Source: Tubiluchus corallicola
Lineage: Eukaryota > Animalia > Priapulida
Reading direction: 5' to 3'
Assembly (NCBI GenBank): GCA_030141605.1
Contig: JAQGDQ010000162.1
Coordinates: forward strand, 186,001-250,000
DNA length: 64,000 nt
The notes under the pieces are model-generated. The model did not search any database. It saw nothing but the letters and a program-made list of their open reading frames with translations, and was not told the origin of the DNA. Positions 25,801-37,800 of the stretch are shown here, piece by piece. The first letter of the stretch is position 1. Each line of letters begins with the position of its first letter. A program made the position numbers and the translations under genes.

Positions 25801-28800
25801 ATTGTCCGTTCGTTTATCTCAACATGTTAAGTGATTGTCCGTTCCTTTATCCCAAAATGTTAAGTGATTGTCCGTTCGTTTATCTCAACATGTTAAGTGA
25901 CTGTCCGTTCCTTTATCGCAACATGTTAAGTGACTGTCCATTCCTTTATCGCAACATGTTAAGTGATTGTCCGTTCCTTTATCCCAACATGTTAAGTGAT
26001 TGTCCGTTCGTTTATCTCAACATGTTAAGTGATTGTCCGTTCTTTATCCCAACATGTTAAGTGATTGTCCGTTCCTTTATCTCAACATATTAAGTGACTG
26101 TCCATTCCTTTATCGCAACATGTTAAGTGATTGTCCGTTCCTTTATCGCAACATGTTAAGTGATTGTCCGTTCCTTTATCCCAACATGTTAAGTGATTGT
26201 CCGTTCCTTTATCCCAACATGTTAAGTGATTGTCCGTTCCTTTATCTCAACATGTTAAGTGATTGTCCGCTCCTTTATCCCAACATGTTAAGTGATTGTC
26301 CGTTCCTTTATCCCAACATGTTAAGTGATTGTCCGTTCCTTTATCTCAACACGTTAAGTGACTGTCCGTTCCATTATCGCAACATGTAAAGTGATTGTCC
26401 GTTCCTTTATCCCAACATGTAAAGTGATTGTCCGTTCCTTTATCCCAACATGTTAAGTGATTGTCCGTTCCTTTATCCCAACATGTAAAGTGATTGTCCG
26501 TTCCTTTATCGCAACATGTTAAGTGATTGTCCGTTCCTTTATCCCAACATGTTAAGTGACTGTCCATTCCTTTATCGCAACATGTTAAGTGATTGTCCGT
26601 TCCTTTATCCCAACATGTTAAGTGACTGTCCGTTCGTTTATCTCAACATGTTAAGTGACTGTCCGTTCCTTTATCCCAACATGTTAAGTGATTGTCCGTT
26701 CGTTTATCTCAACATGTTAAGTGATTGTCCGTTCCTTTATCCCAACATGTTAAGTGATTGTCCGTTCCTTTATCCCAACATGTTAAGTGATTGTCCGTTC
26801 CTTTATCTCAACACGTTAAGTGACTGTCCGTTCCATTATCGCAACATGTAAAGTGATTGTCCGTTCCTTTATCCCAACATGTAAAGTGATTGTCCGTTCC
26901 TTTATCCCAACATGTTAAGTGATTGTCCGTTCCTTTATCCCAACATGTAAAGTGATTGTCCGTTCCTTTATCCCAACACGTTAAGTGATTGTCCGTTCCT
27001 TTATCCCAACACGTTAAGTGATTGTCCGTTCCTTTATCCCAACATGTTAAGTGACTGTCCGTTCCTTTATCCCAACATGTTAAGTGATTGTCCGTTCCTT
27101 TATCTCAACACGTTAAGTGATTGTCCGTTCCTTTATCCCAACACGTTAAGTGATTGTCCGTTCCTTTATCCCAACATGTAAAGTGATTGTCCGTTCCTTT
27201 ATCCCAACATGTTAAGTGATTGTCCGTTCCTTTATCCCAACACGTAAAGTGATTGTCCGTTCCTTTATCGCAACATGTTAAGTGATTGTCCGTTCCTTTA
27301 TCCCAACATGTTAAGTGATTGTCCGTTCCTTTATCGCAACATGTTAAGTGATTGTCCGTTCCTTTATCCCAACATGTTAAGTGATTGTCCGTTCCTTTAT
27401 CTCAACATGTTAAGTGATTGTCCGTTCCTTTATCCCAACATGTTAAGTGATTGTCCGTTCCTTTATCCCAACATGTTAAGTGATTGTCCGTTCCTTTATC
27501 TCAACATGTTAAGTGATTGTCCGTTCCTTTATCGCAACATGTTAAGTGATTGTCCGTTCCTTTATCCCAACATGTAAAGTGATTGTCCGTTCCTTTATCG
27601 CAACATGTTAATGATGTCCGTTCCTTATCCAACATGTTAAGTGATTGTCCGTTCCTTTATCCCAACATGTAAAGTGATTGTCCGTTCCTTTATCGCAACA
27701 TGTTAAATGATTGTCCGTTCCTTTATCGCAACATGTTAAGTGATTGTCCGTTCCTTTATCCCAACATGTAAAGTGATTGTCCGTTCCTTTATCGCAACAT
27801 GTTAAATGATTGTCCGTTCCTTTATCGCAACACGTTAAGTGATTGTCCGTTCCTTTATCCCAACATGTTAAGTGACTGTCCATTCCTTTATCGCAACATG
27901 TTAAGTGATTGTCCGTTCCTTTATCCCAACATATTAAGGGAATGTCCACCAATTTATCCTCACCCATTTTAAATACTGTTCTTCACTGAGTTTGTCTGCC
28001 CCTGACGCTCGCTCCAGCACTTCTAATAAACGATACAACCTCTGTTCAGATAACTTATCAGAACCCTTCAATTCTAATCGTTCTTCGATGGCTTTAATGT
28101 AAAATGACCACATTTTGGCAGTGTTGAGCTGTGAGATGGCATCCTCGTATAATTTAAAATATTTAGTTTCCAGCTTGTGCACTCGCGCATCTGTTAAAAG
28201 TACAAAAATCAGTTAACTAGTATCATAAGAATGTGTAGCAAAAAACCAATTTTTTTTACGTTAATAGAGAAAAGCTAGCAAAATGAAGTCTGAAGTTTTT
28301 ATTTCAAAAGAACATGAGTACAAATGTTTACAAAGAGCAAAATGTTTACAAAAAGTAGTAAACAAGCGAAAACCCGGGAAGCTTTTTTGGGAAATTCTCG
28401 TGATTTTATTAAATGCTTTATTTACAACGGCCTATGGTTCAAATACAGGCTCTATCCTGTTTTTTAGTTTTTTAGTCTGATGATTATTATTTTACTAAAT
28501 TTTCTGTGCTTTTATTATTTTTCATTTTTTGTCATATTCAATGTACTTTTAATCAATCAATGTGCCGTTGTCTTAAATATCTTATGAATTAATTTTTTTA
28601 GTAACTCCGATGATCTTTTATTTGTAAAATGCATTAAAAATATTCAATAAATTATTAAAATTATTATTGATTATTTTGTTTTATTTAAAAATCTAGTAAA
28701 TGCAGTCAAGCACAGTAGTTTCAACATTTTTCACCCTTTGAAGCCAATAAAATCAAAAATTCACTTAGCTAAGTCTTATGAATCCAAGAATTTATGCAAA

Positions 28801-31800
28801 AGAAAAGAAAGAAATCCTCAGCAAGTAGCAATAAAGTCTAGATGATTTTATTTCAATAGGTACCAGTACCTGATGTTTCACCCGATTGATTTATGCTGCT
28901 GGCAAGTTGCTCGTTTTCGAACCGACATCTCAAAATGGCATCCCAGCTTTCTTCCTTTTCCTTGTAATGTTCTTCAAGACTACAGCAAAGAATAAAAAGC
29001 CAGCAGAAGTTATCAAGGAAGCATTGATTTGAAACAGCATTAAACACAGAATCAACTGGCACTGCAAAGATTAGATAGCACAATTAAGCTTATTAGTTCT
29101 GGTAAATATAAGCACAAGGAACTATGTTTTAACACACAACAAAAAGTACATGTGAGCTTATTTAAAATTGATAATAAAATATGTTGAGTGTTAGTGCTAC
29201 ATTATTTAGTGGATAAGTAGAGAGTGATACAGTCAACACTGCGTCTAATGAATTTTGTAAAAGAGCTGGGATTATTGACTTAAAGAGAATAAGTGAAAAA
29301 CAAAAAAGAAGAAAACAGGGATGGCGAAGGACAAACGTAATTGGAGGAGCTAGTGAAAGTTGTAAGTTAATACCTTTTCAACAAATTATTCAGAATAGGT
29401 GATGAATGTGACCTTGGTCTCAAGTTACCACACAATGATAACGTCAAATATACATGTGAAGCTTCTGATGTTGAATGCTTTGTTGTTATTACACGTTATT
29501 GTTCTAGCAAACGGCCGTGTGTAGCACGTTTGGTAGTGCGACTGTGGTTGGGGCTTCAGCAGCTGCTCGCAGTTATGAAGCCTATTGTACTTACTATGTT
29601 ATAATGGCTTCTTCGTGCTCCTTCGTTGCGAAATCAAACAGATGACAGATTTTCAAAAATGCAACACAAAAATTCACATCGTCTGAAAACAACAAAACAA
29701 AACACAACTTAACAAAAGCGAGAAAACTTTCAAAATCCGAGTAACTAGAAACAGATAATGAAACTTTTACACAGCATATCAAAGTTGGACGGTGATTCAG
29801 CACTACAAGCACAAAGGCATTGGTAATGAGTAAAGAAGGAATTAATTCAAACATTAACATTTCATAGTTCACTTCTCATAATGCACTAAAAATTAGCAGA
29901 AACAAGCTGTGATATTGAGGTGTCCTCATGCACATGGTGTAGACTGACTAAACTGACATGCAGTGCTGACTAAAAACACAGTTCAAACAACAAAATAGTT
30001 TTCAGTAAAATAGTGTCACTATACTACCAACTTTTTGACAGCTGCCAATTTTTTTACAGCTGCTAACCTGATCTGAAGCTTAGATACTATATATCATTAT
30101 AATAAATGACTAAAGAAATGAAAGCATAAAAAATTCGAGGTTGGTATTTGTCTATTCTAAATGAATTAACTGTTTTAATGCTTCACTTTTTTAACAAGTT
30201 AACAAAACAAAAGCATATCATAACACATGTCAAGTGCTTTGAAAACTGCTGAGATCAAATTTTTGGTTTCGTTTGGTTTTAACGAACATAGATGTTCTTT
30301 ACTGTCCATTACTGTTCAGGTTTCCGTACCCTCATGTTCATTACCTATTGCCTCCATAGCTTGTTTATAGACAACAAGTGCAACTTTTCCTTGCAAGATG
30401 GCATCATAGGTTTCGTCCGTTTCTACTGGCTGTTCCGCGCCGAGCATCTGCAGCCTCTTCCGCATGCGATCCGATTCCATCAGCTCCAAACGATAGTACT
30501 GTAATAACAAGAAATATTGCTTTATGTCAGATATAATCTTTACTGACTACATGGCTATACAGCACATTAAGCCAATGACCAGTGTTACGGGACAGAGCTA
30601 AGGGAATATTTCCTTTCCTGTAAATGCAAACACAAGTTTAACTGTCGTTTACAGACTTCTCTCACATTTACAGGGTTCTCTAAAGTAATAAATGATAATG
30701 CATTACATTCGGGCTCATGTGTAATAACAGTTATACATTTTTTACTTTATTAACAGTGGCGTAGCGAGTGGTTTTGCTGGCCTGTGCGGTAGCCAAATTG
30801 GATGCCCTTTCCTTAAACGTAACACACTTTCTACCACTACAAACACATGTATAGGGAAGATATCTGTTTATATAAAGACTAAAGTATTTGTTCTTAACGA
30901 AAATATGAAAAACACTGAGCAATTAGATGTTTAACTTCCTGACTTTTCGAATTGCGAAATCCTTTACGATCTCTTCAACACCAAGTGATTCAGTGTATTC
31001 TGTTTCAAAAGAAAGAATTGCTAAGTTAGAGAGTCTTCATGATTGCTCAAAGTTAAGAGAAGATATTTCTTTATTACTTTAAACTTGAATTTGACATTCA
31101 GCCACAGTGACAGAGCTCGTGAGAGAAACATGGCTGCACCAGTGCGAAAACAATGATGATACAATAATAATTATTATTATTATGAGTTTATTTCGTATAA
31201 AATATACAGTTTACAAAGATAAAGATGTTAGTAAAACAGGTAATGCGATGTTAGTAAAGTAACATATCTACAGACATTCAACTTTATAATAACCACACAT
31301 TGTAGTTCCCTTGTAATTATATGACATTATACAGTGTTGTAAGGAACTATAATAGGTATTTTAAAACATAATCTTTGTACGAGTTCTTAAGAGTCATTCC
31401 GCGAGAAAACCATGCAAAAGTCAAAAAATAGTGGAAGGTGACAAATCACCGATTTTGTTCATATTCACAGAGTTGGATGATCCCCTCAGATGTACCCCAC
31501 AGCCAAAATATTAGATATCAAAAATGAGCCGTTTCGGAGATAGGCCGCCATTTTGATTTTTTTCGGATTTTGGCCATTTTGACGTAAAAAAATGACCTAT
31601 ATTTGTCACATCATTACAGGCAGTAAATGAATGATCCAGGACTAGTTGCTCTGTGGTATATATAGTAGGGGTCTTGCCCTATTGCCACATTGAGTTTGAT
31701 GAATTGAGATTCTCTTTCAGTAGGTATCATGAGCTCATGAAAGATGCGTGTCTGCTACAGTCTGAATGACACCTTGTTTTAAAATTCTCATAACTCCACT

Positions 31801-34800
31801 GGGGCGGGTATTTGAAGTATAATTAATATATGTTTATTTACAGCTTGACCAGGCATACTTAGATCATTAATAAAATTTTGGCCAGCTCGTCCATAAATTG
31901 ACGAGATTCGATCTTGAATGTGACATAAATCGGAAAAAAATTAGTACGAATTATTAATAATTCTGAATAAAAAATGAAAATTTCAAAAAGAAACGATAAA
32001 TTACAGTTTCTGTCTCTCTCTGTCTCTCTCTCTGTCTCTCTGTGTCTCTCTCTGTCTCTCTCTCTGTCTCTGTCTCTCTGTGTCTCTGTCTGTCTCTCTC
32101 TCTGTCTCTCTGTGTCTCTCTCTGTCTCTCTCTCTGTCTCTGTCTCTCTGTGTCTCTCTCTGTCTCTCTGTGTCTCTCTGTCTCTGTCTCGGTCTCTCTT
32201 TGTCTCTCTCTGTCTCTCTGTGTCCTTCTCTCTCTCTGTGTGTGTCTCTCTGTGTCTGTCTCTGTCTCTCTGTGTCTCTCTCTGTGTCACTCTCTGTCTC
32301 TGTCTCTGTCTGTCTCTCTGTCTTTCTGTGTCCCTCTCTGTGTCTCTCTCTGTCTCTCTGTGTGTGTCTCTCTGTGTCTCTCTCTGTCTCTCTCTGTGTC
32401 TCTGTGCCTCTCTGTGTCTCTCTCCGTCGCTTTCTGTCTCTTTGTGTCTCTGTCTGTCTCTCTGTGTCTCTCTCTGTCTCTCTGTGTTTCTCTCTCTGTC
32501 TCTGTCTCTCTCTGTCCCTCTTTTTTAACCATACCCTGCAAATAGAGGGTCCCTGTATGTATTTTATGTAAATATCTGTATATGCGTTCAATTTTAAATT
32601 TTAAATAAAGAATTATAATAATAATAATAATGTCCCTCTGTGTCTCTCTCTGTCTCTTTTTATGTCTCTGTCTGTCTCTCTGTGTCTCTCTGTCTCTGTG
32701 TGTCTCTCTCTGTCTCTCCATCTGCCTCTCTGTGTCTCTCTTTGTCTCTCTGTGTCTCTCTCTGTCTCTCTCTCTCTCTGTCTCTCTCTGTCTCTCTGTG
32801 TCTCTCTCTGTCTCTCTGTGTCTCCCTCTGTCTCTCTGTGTCTCTCTCTGTCTCTGTGTGTCTTTCTCTGTCTCTATGTGTCTCTCTGTGTCTCTCTCTG
32901 TCTCTCTGTGTCTCTCTCCGTCTCTCTGTGCCTCTCTCTGTCTCTTTCTGTCTCTTTGTGTCTCTGTCTGTCTCTCTCTCTCTCTGTTTCTGTCTCTCTC
33001 TGTGTCTCTGTCTCTGTCTGTCTCTGTCTCTCTCTGTGTGTCTCTCTGTTTCTGTGTGTCTCTCTTTCTGTCTCTCTGTGTCTCCATCTGCCTCTCTGTG
33101 TGTCTCTCTCTCTCTGTGTCTCTCTCTGTCTCTGTGTGTCTCTCTCTCTATCTCTATGTGTCTCTCTCTGTCTCTCTGTGACTCTCTCTGTCTCTCTGTG
33201 ACTCTCTCTCTCTGTCTCTCTGTGTCTCTCTCTGTCTCTTTTGATAAGGAGGTTACCATAGCAACACATAGTAGCAGCTTACTGTATATATTATCAATTA
33301 TTAGCTTATTATTATTTACTATAGTGCGACTTTTCATTGAATATTGGCGAATAAAAAATAGTCGTGGACGTCAAGAATTTGTTGTTGCCTTTTTGCTATT
33401 TTGAAAATTTGCGATTATAAGCGTCAGCGCCCTGATTCTCGTTAGAGTTTAGTTGAATATGGTAGTCGGTGTATATGCGTATATCTTTAAGAGACGGTGG
33501 AAACCTGGCGGTTAAATACAATATGAGCGAATGGCTTGAAACATACGTTACACAGAGTCCGAGGCAGGGTCGTACTGGCCTTTGCTGCGTTTCTTAACCA
33601 GTTTTTTTGTTAACGCCCGTTGTAAGTAAGCAGAAGTCTGGTTGTCGAAGTTGCCACACCAAGGTATTAGTAACTAACTAACTATTAACTTGAATTGATT
33701 TGAGGAAAAATATCAGGGACTGACAACTATTCGCCTGTTGAATACAAGACCACACAAAGCTGTGCGCGTTTTAAAAATTGGCTCGCAACATCTTATATTC
33801 GATGCTCACGGCGGTTTCAACACAATTTCACAAATAGTGCCTTGTCTCGCCTTGCCCGCCTTACTTTAGAATCTTGTTTAGCAAAGCGATACTAAACCTT
33901 TTTGACTGAAGTCTATTTTTCAGTCAAGACAGTGGGGCCCTCCCGAGGCCCCCGTATTGATCCACGGGCCATAGGTATATAGCCCGAGCACTTGTACACG
34001 AAACTGTTATTATGTACATGAAATTATTCCGTGTTTTATACAGATTATAAAAATCACTATGTTGTAATCGTCACAGGGGCCCTTCGAAGGGAATGCGGCC
34101 CCTGATGAGGGGCCTGGTTGCTAGGAGTGCCCAGGTTGTACACGAAACTGTTATTATGTACATGAAATTATTCCGTGTTTTATACAGATTATAAAAATCA
34201 CTATGTTGTAATCGTCACAGGGGCCCTTCGAAGGGAATGCGGCCCCTGATGAGGGGCCTGGTTGCTAGGAGTGCCCAGACATGTAAAGCCAGTCCATTAT
34301 TACTATAAACATTGACGTTGCTGCACTTTGTATCGATTCTAATGGCAACACCGTCATCCAAAGCGAATAGCTAAATATAGGTCAAGGTTGTGAAAATGGC
34401 AAAAAAGAGCAACTTTGGCTAAAAATTCTGGACTCTTGGGAGATCGCTGGCCAAAATTTTATTTCATGCATTTGTAGGACTAGTCAAGCTGCAAATAAAA
34501 ATATATTGATTAGTCCCCCAATACCCGCCCCAGTGGAGTTATGGGGATTTCAAAATGGCGTCTAAATTCAGCAGCAGCAGACACGTATCTTTTGCAATCT
34601 GATGACACCAACTGAAAAGGAGGTTCAATTTGGCAACGATAATGGTACGGTAGGGTAAGACCCCTACTATATATATCACCAATTAACTAGTGCTGGATCG
34701 CTCATTTACTGTCTGTAATAACGTGAGAAATAATGGGCAATTTTTTACGCCAAAATGGCCAAAATTCGAAAAAAATCAAAATGGCGGCTTTTCTCAGAAA

Positions 34801-37800
34801 CGGCTCATTTCTGAAATCTAATATTTTGGCTGTGGGGTACATCTGAGGGGACCATCAAACCCTGTGAATATGAACAAAATCGGTGATTTGTCACCTTCCA
34901 CTATTTTGCTGATTTTCTCACGGAATGACTCTTAACCTTTAATTTTGCATTTTCATTTAGATCTAGAGTACAACCATATTTAAATCTTAAATTTACTTGA
35001 CTGTTATTTACATAGTAGCATAGCTTTGGAATTCTCAATGTGCAAGAGTTTACAATTTTTCTCACAAAGTTTAATTTTCGACTATCTATTAAATAATTCG
35101 CAAGCATTGTGCCACAAAAATACATTAACAATTTGACGCTTTCATTTTGTCTAAAATCGAATATTTTTCTATAAGCAGTGTTCCATTTTACCCTAATGGC
35201 ATTAACTTCAGGTACCCATGTATTATTGTGCTTTCCGCTTTAAATTAAAAAATACCAATTGATATGACTGTATCAGGTAAACATATGAATGTACTAAAAA
35301 TGCAAAATATCCAGCCGGGTGTGTGATAAAAATCAATGTTTTCGTACGAATAGATGGAAAAAAAGTAGGCCTATCTTTATTGTTAGCCTGTTAACAGAAA
35401 TTATTGGCTGCCCTCTGCAGCCCACACATCCTATACTACATCACTGGTTCCCACAGTTATTATTTGACCCTCAATATTTCTGCAGTTCTATCATCGGTAT
35501 TATATGATCATCATCATATGTCCATTATGTCTAAGGTAGAGATTGGCAGACAGAATTCTAAAATAAAAGAACACGTAAACACAGCAATAATCCAGCAAAA
35601 AACTAGAGAGTGCTATGCCAGTAGCTTGTCAGGACCTCCATCAAGTAATCTATAGTTTTAACTATGCTAAAAAGTTATTGAGTACAAAAAAGTTCTCTAA
35701 CGAACTTTAACAAAAGTTCACTAACAAATTTTAACGTAATGAATGAGATAATATTATCTCAATTGTTTTCCTTTGTCATATGTAACCTACTACTTGTATT
35801 GGAGATTGTGTAAATGTTTTGACCTTTAGTCAACAAACTACAACTGCTTACTTCTAGCCACAGTTTCTCTGATTCCGAGTGAAACCTGAGAGCCCTCTGT
35901 AACAGCTGCCGTGCCGTTTCTATAGATTTCTGCTCTTCAAATTCCCATTTAGCTGCCAGTATCCAAAGCCCTAAGGTGTAAGATTAAAATAATTTTAAAT
36001 TCAATTTATATGCAGGCTGAATTTCTAACTCAACTACAGTAAGAAGCTTAATAGACTCACTTTGTGAGGAAAGTGCTTTGATCCAATTAACAAAACTGAT
36101 TCAATTAGCTTACTATGGAAGTATGAGTCATAGTCAAAAGTCATCATCTTAGTATGCATTGCAAAGGCTTTAAATGAATTTTACAAATGAATTAATGTCA
36201 AAGCTCCTATGTGCAAATCTGATTACTTCTAAAAATTACAAAAATTCATGCAAGGTCGGTTTCTTCGCGAAGAAGTTACTTGATGAAATTGTCATAATGA
36301 TAAAAACATTGAAAATCTGTTGCTGTAGGCTGCACATATTCACGCAAAATGCCTAGTCACCTAGTGCTTGAGCTGCAGTTGGTGATGACCTTGCTTGCCC
36401 TGTGAAAAGCAGTAAGAACTTCAAAAGCAATCTGCTCGGCAAGTGATTAAATGTTTAGCTTCCAGAAACAACGAGGTTTATTGCAGCGGACAAGTGCAAA
36501 TTAGCGCAAACGATAAACATACTGTACCTGCTTACAGACAAAGACTGATTCTACTTATATTACAGCGCACAAAATCAACGCAAAGATGACATAAAAGCAG
36601 TAAAACCTCTTTGGGCACACACAAGAATCTTATTTTAAGTACAGAAAGAAAATATTTGAGTCAATTATACAGAGTTATTTGAGTCACTTACCGACAGTTT
36701 TTAAGTATATTTGAATATAGCACTACAGAACAAATGCATGGTGCTGCAAAGCGGAGTACGCCACTAGCTGAAATAGGACACTTCCACTAAAGCACGTGCA
36801 AAATTTGCGGAAAAGCAGTGTCGTACATGGGCAGCACAAGTAGGGCACTGTCGATTTCTGTCGATAATCCAGAATTCTGACATAATAAAATATAAAACTA
36901 AATTTGTTTTGGAAAAAAGTAACTTTATAATAATGATGGATAGTCCTTGACGATTTACAAATGTATTTTTTACAATAATATCATCATTATTATTAGCTCC
37001 ATTGATATCATCATAACATTCAACTAAGTATCTAATGCTTTAGAGAGAGAAACTATGTAAAGCACATAGCTCGCTAACCCGTTTACTTAGTAGAAAACAA
37101 TTATTTGTCCAAGACATAGAGAAACGGATAACCTGTCTGTGAAGTGAGACAAAATAAAAATTGATATGCCTTAAGCGAATGTTGGAAACGTCTAAAAAGC
37201 GCGCTTATTCCACATCAAAAAAGATTAATATTGAAGTCGAATTTAATATTGGCCGCTCTACTAGCCTAGAATAAGATTCTTTTATTTTATCAGATGTATA
37301 ATAAATTATTCAACATGTATTGACGTTTTTAATTATTATTATCACATAAACAAGGACAACAGACGGTGCCAATATGCTTAACAGCTTAATTTGTGACCTG
37401 TCTCTAATGTCCTACTTCTTCTGCAGCCCATGTACAACATGTCCTACTTGGGCCAGCCTATGTATGAAAATTGTGATACTTCGGCTAGAGTCCTATTCCG
37501 CTCCCAACACACGGATTATATGCATGTGTTAGTGATGAAAATTGTGTTACTTCAGCTAGAGTCCTATTCCGCTCCCAACACACGGATTATATGCATGTGT
37601 TAGTGATGAAAATTTGTCATTTAACAGTGACAACTAAAAACCTGCAGTTTGTTTGCAAAAATGTGAACAGGTTATAAGCATTATTAGTTTTCAGGCGAGA
37701 AAAATACAAGTTTCGGTTTTAATTATAATTGAACAAATTGCAAAGTCTCAATTTCTGCTCACATAACTGGTTAATTACTGGAATGTTCAGATCAATTTAA

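Larger units (their letters stand above)
31391..34931. mobile_element. 3.5-kb non-autonomous DNA transposon with ~420-bp TIRs and TTAA target duplication (Sola3-like; Kolobok is the alternative)
   Basis: TTAA|gagtcattccgcgagaaaa ... ttttctcacggaatgactc|TTAA. Inverted similarity is traceable from 31391 to ~31812 against ~34517-34931. No transposase ORF inside. Confidence 0.8.

Noticed and set aside
25017-27967. Long ORFs of repeated NMLSDCPFLYP / DKGTDNHLTCW, and possible CRISPR-like appearance
   Set aside because: The 33-bp unit is a multiple of 3, so frames stay open by chance. TAA variants and a 1-bp deletion break them, they lie in a UTP6 intron, and there are no unique spacers or cas genes.
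29594-29600. Apparent in-frame TAG at the end of UTP6 exon 8 in the ORF track
   Set aside because: The exon ends at TA|gtaagt and the codon is completed as TAT by exon 9, so there is no premature stop or readthrough.
31859-33404. Multiple overlapping SLSVSL / RETERD ORFs
   Set aside because: These are translations of a CT/GT microsatellite that lacks stop codons on both strands.
34070-34155. CTGATGA...CGAAA spanning the 144-bp duplication junction as a second hammerhead
   Set aside because: No UH cleavage triplet sits next to a valid stem I or III, and the CTGATGA is buried in a ggcccct/aggggcc hairpin.
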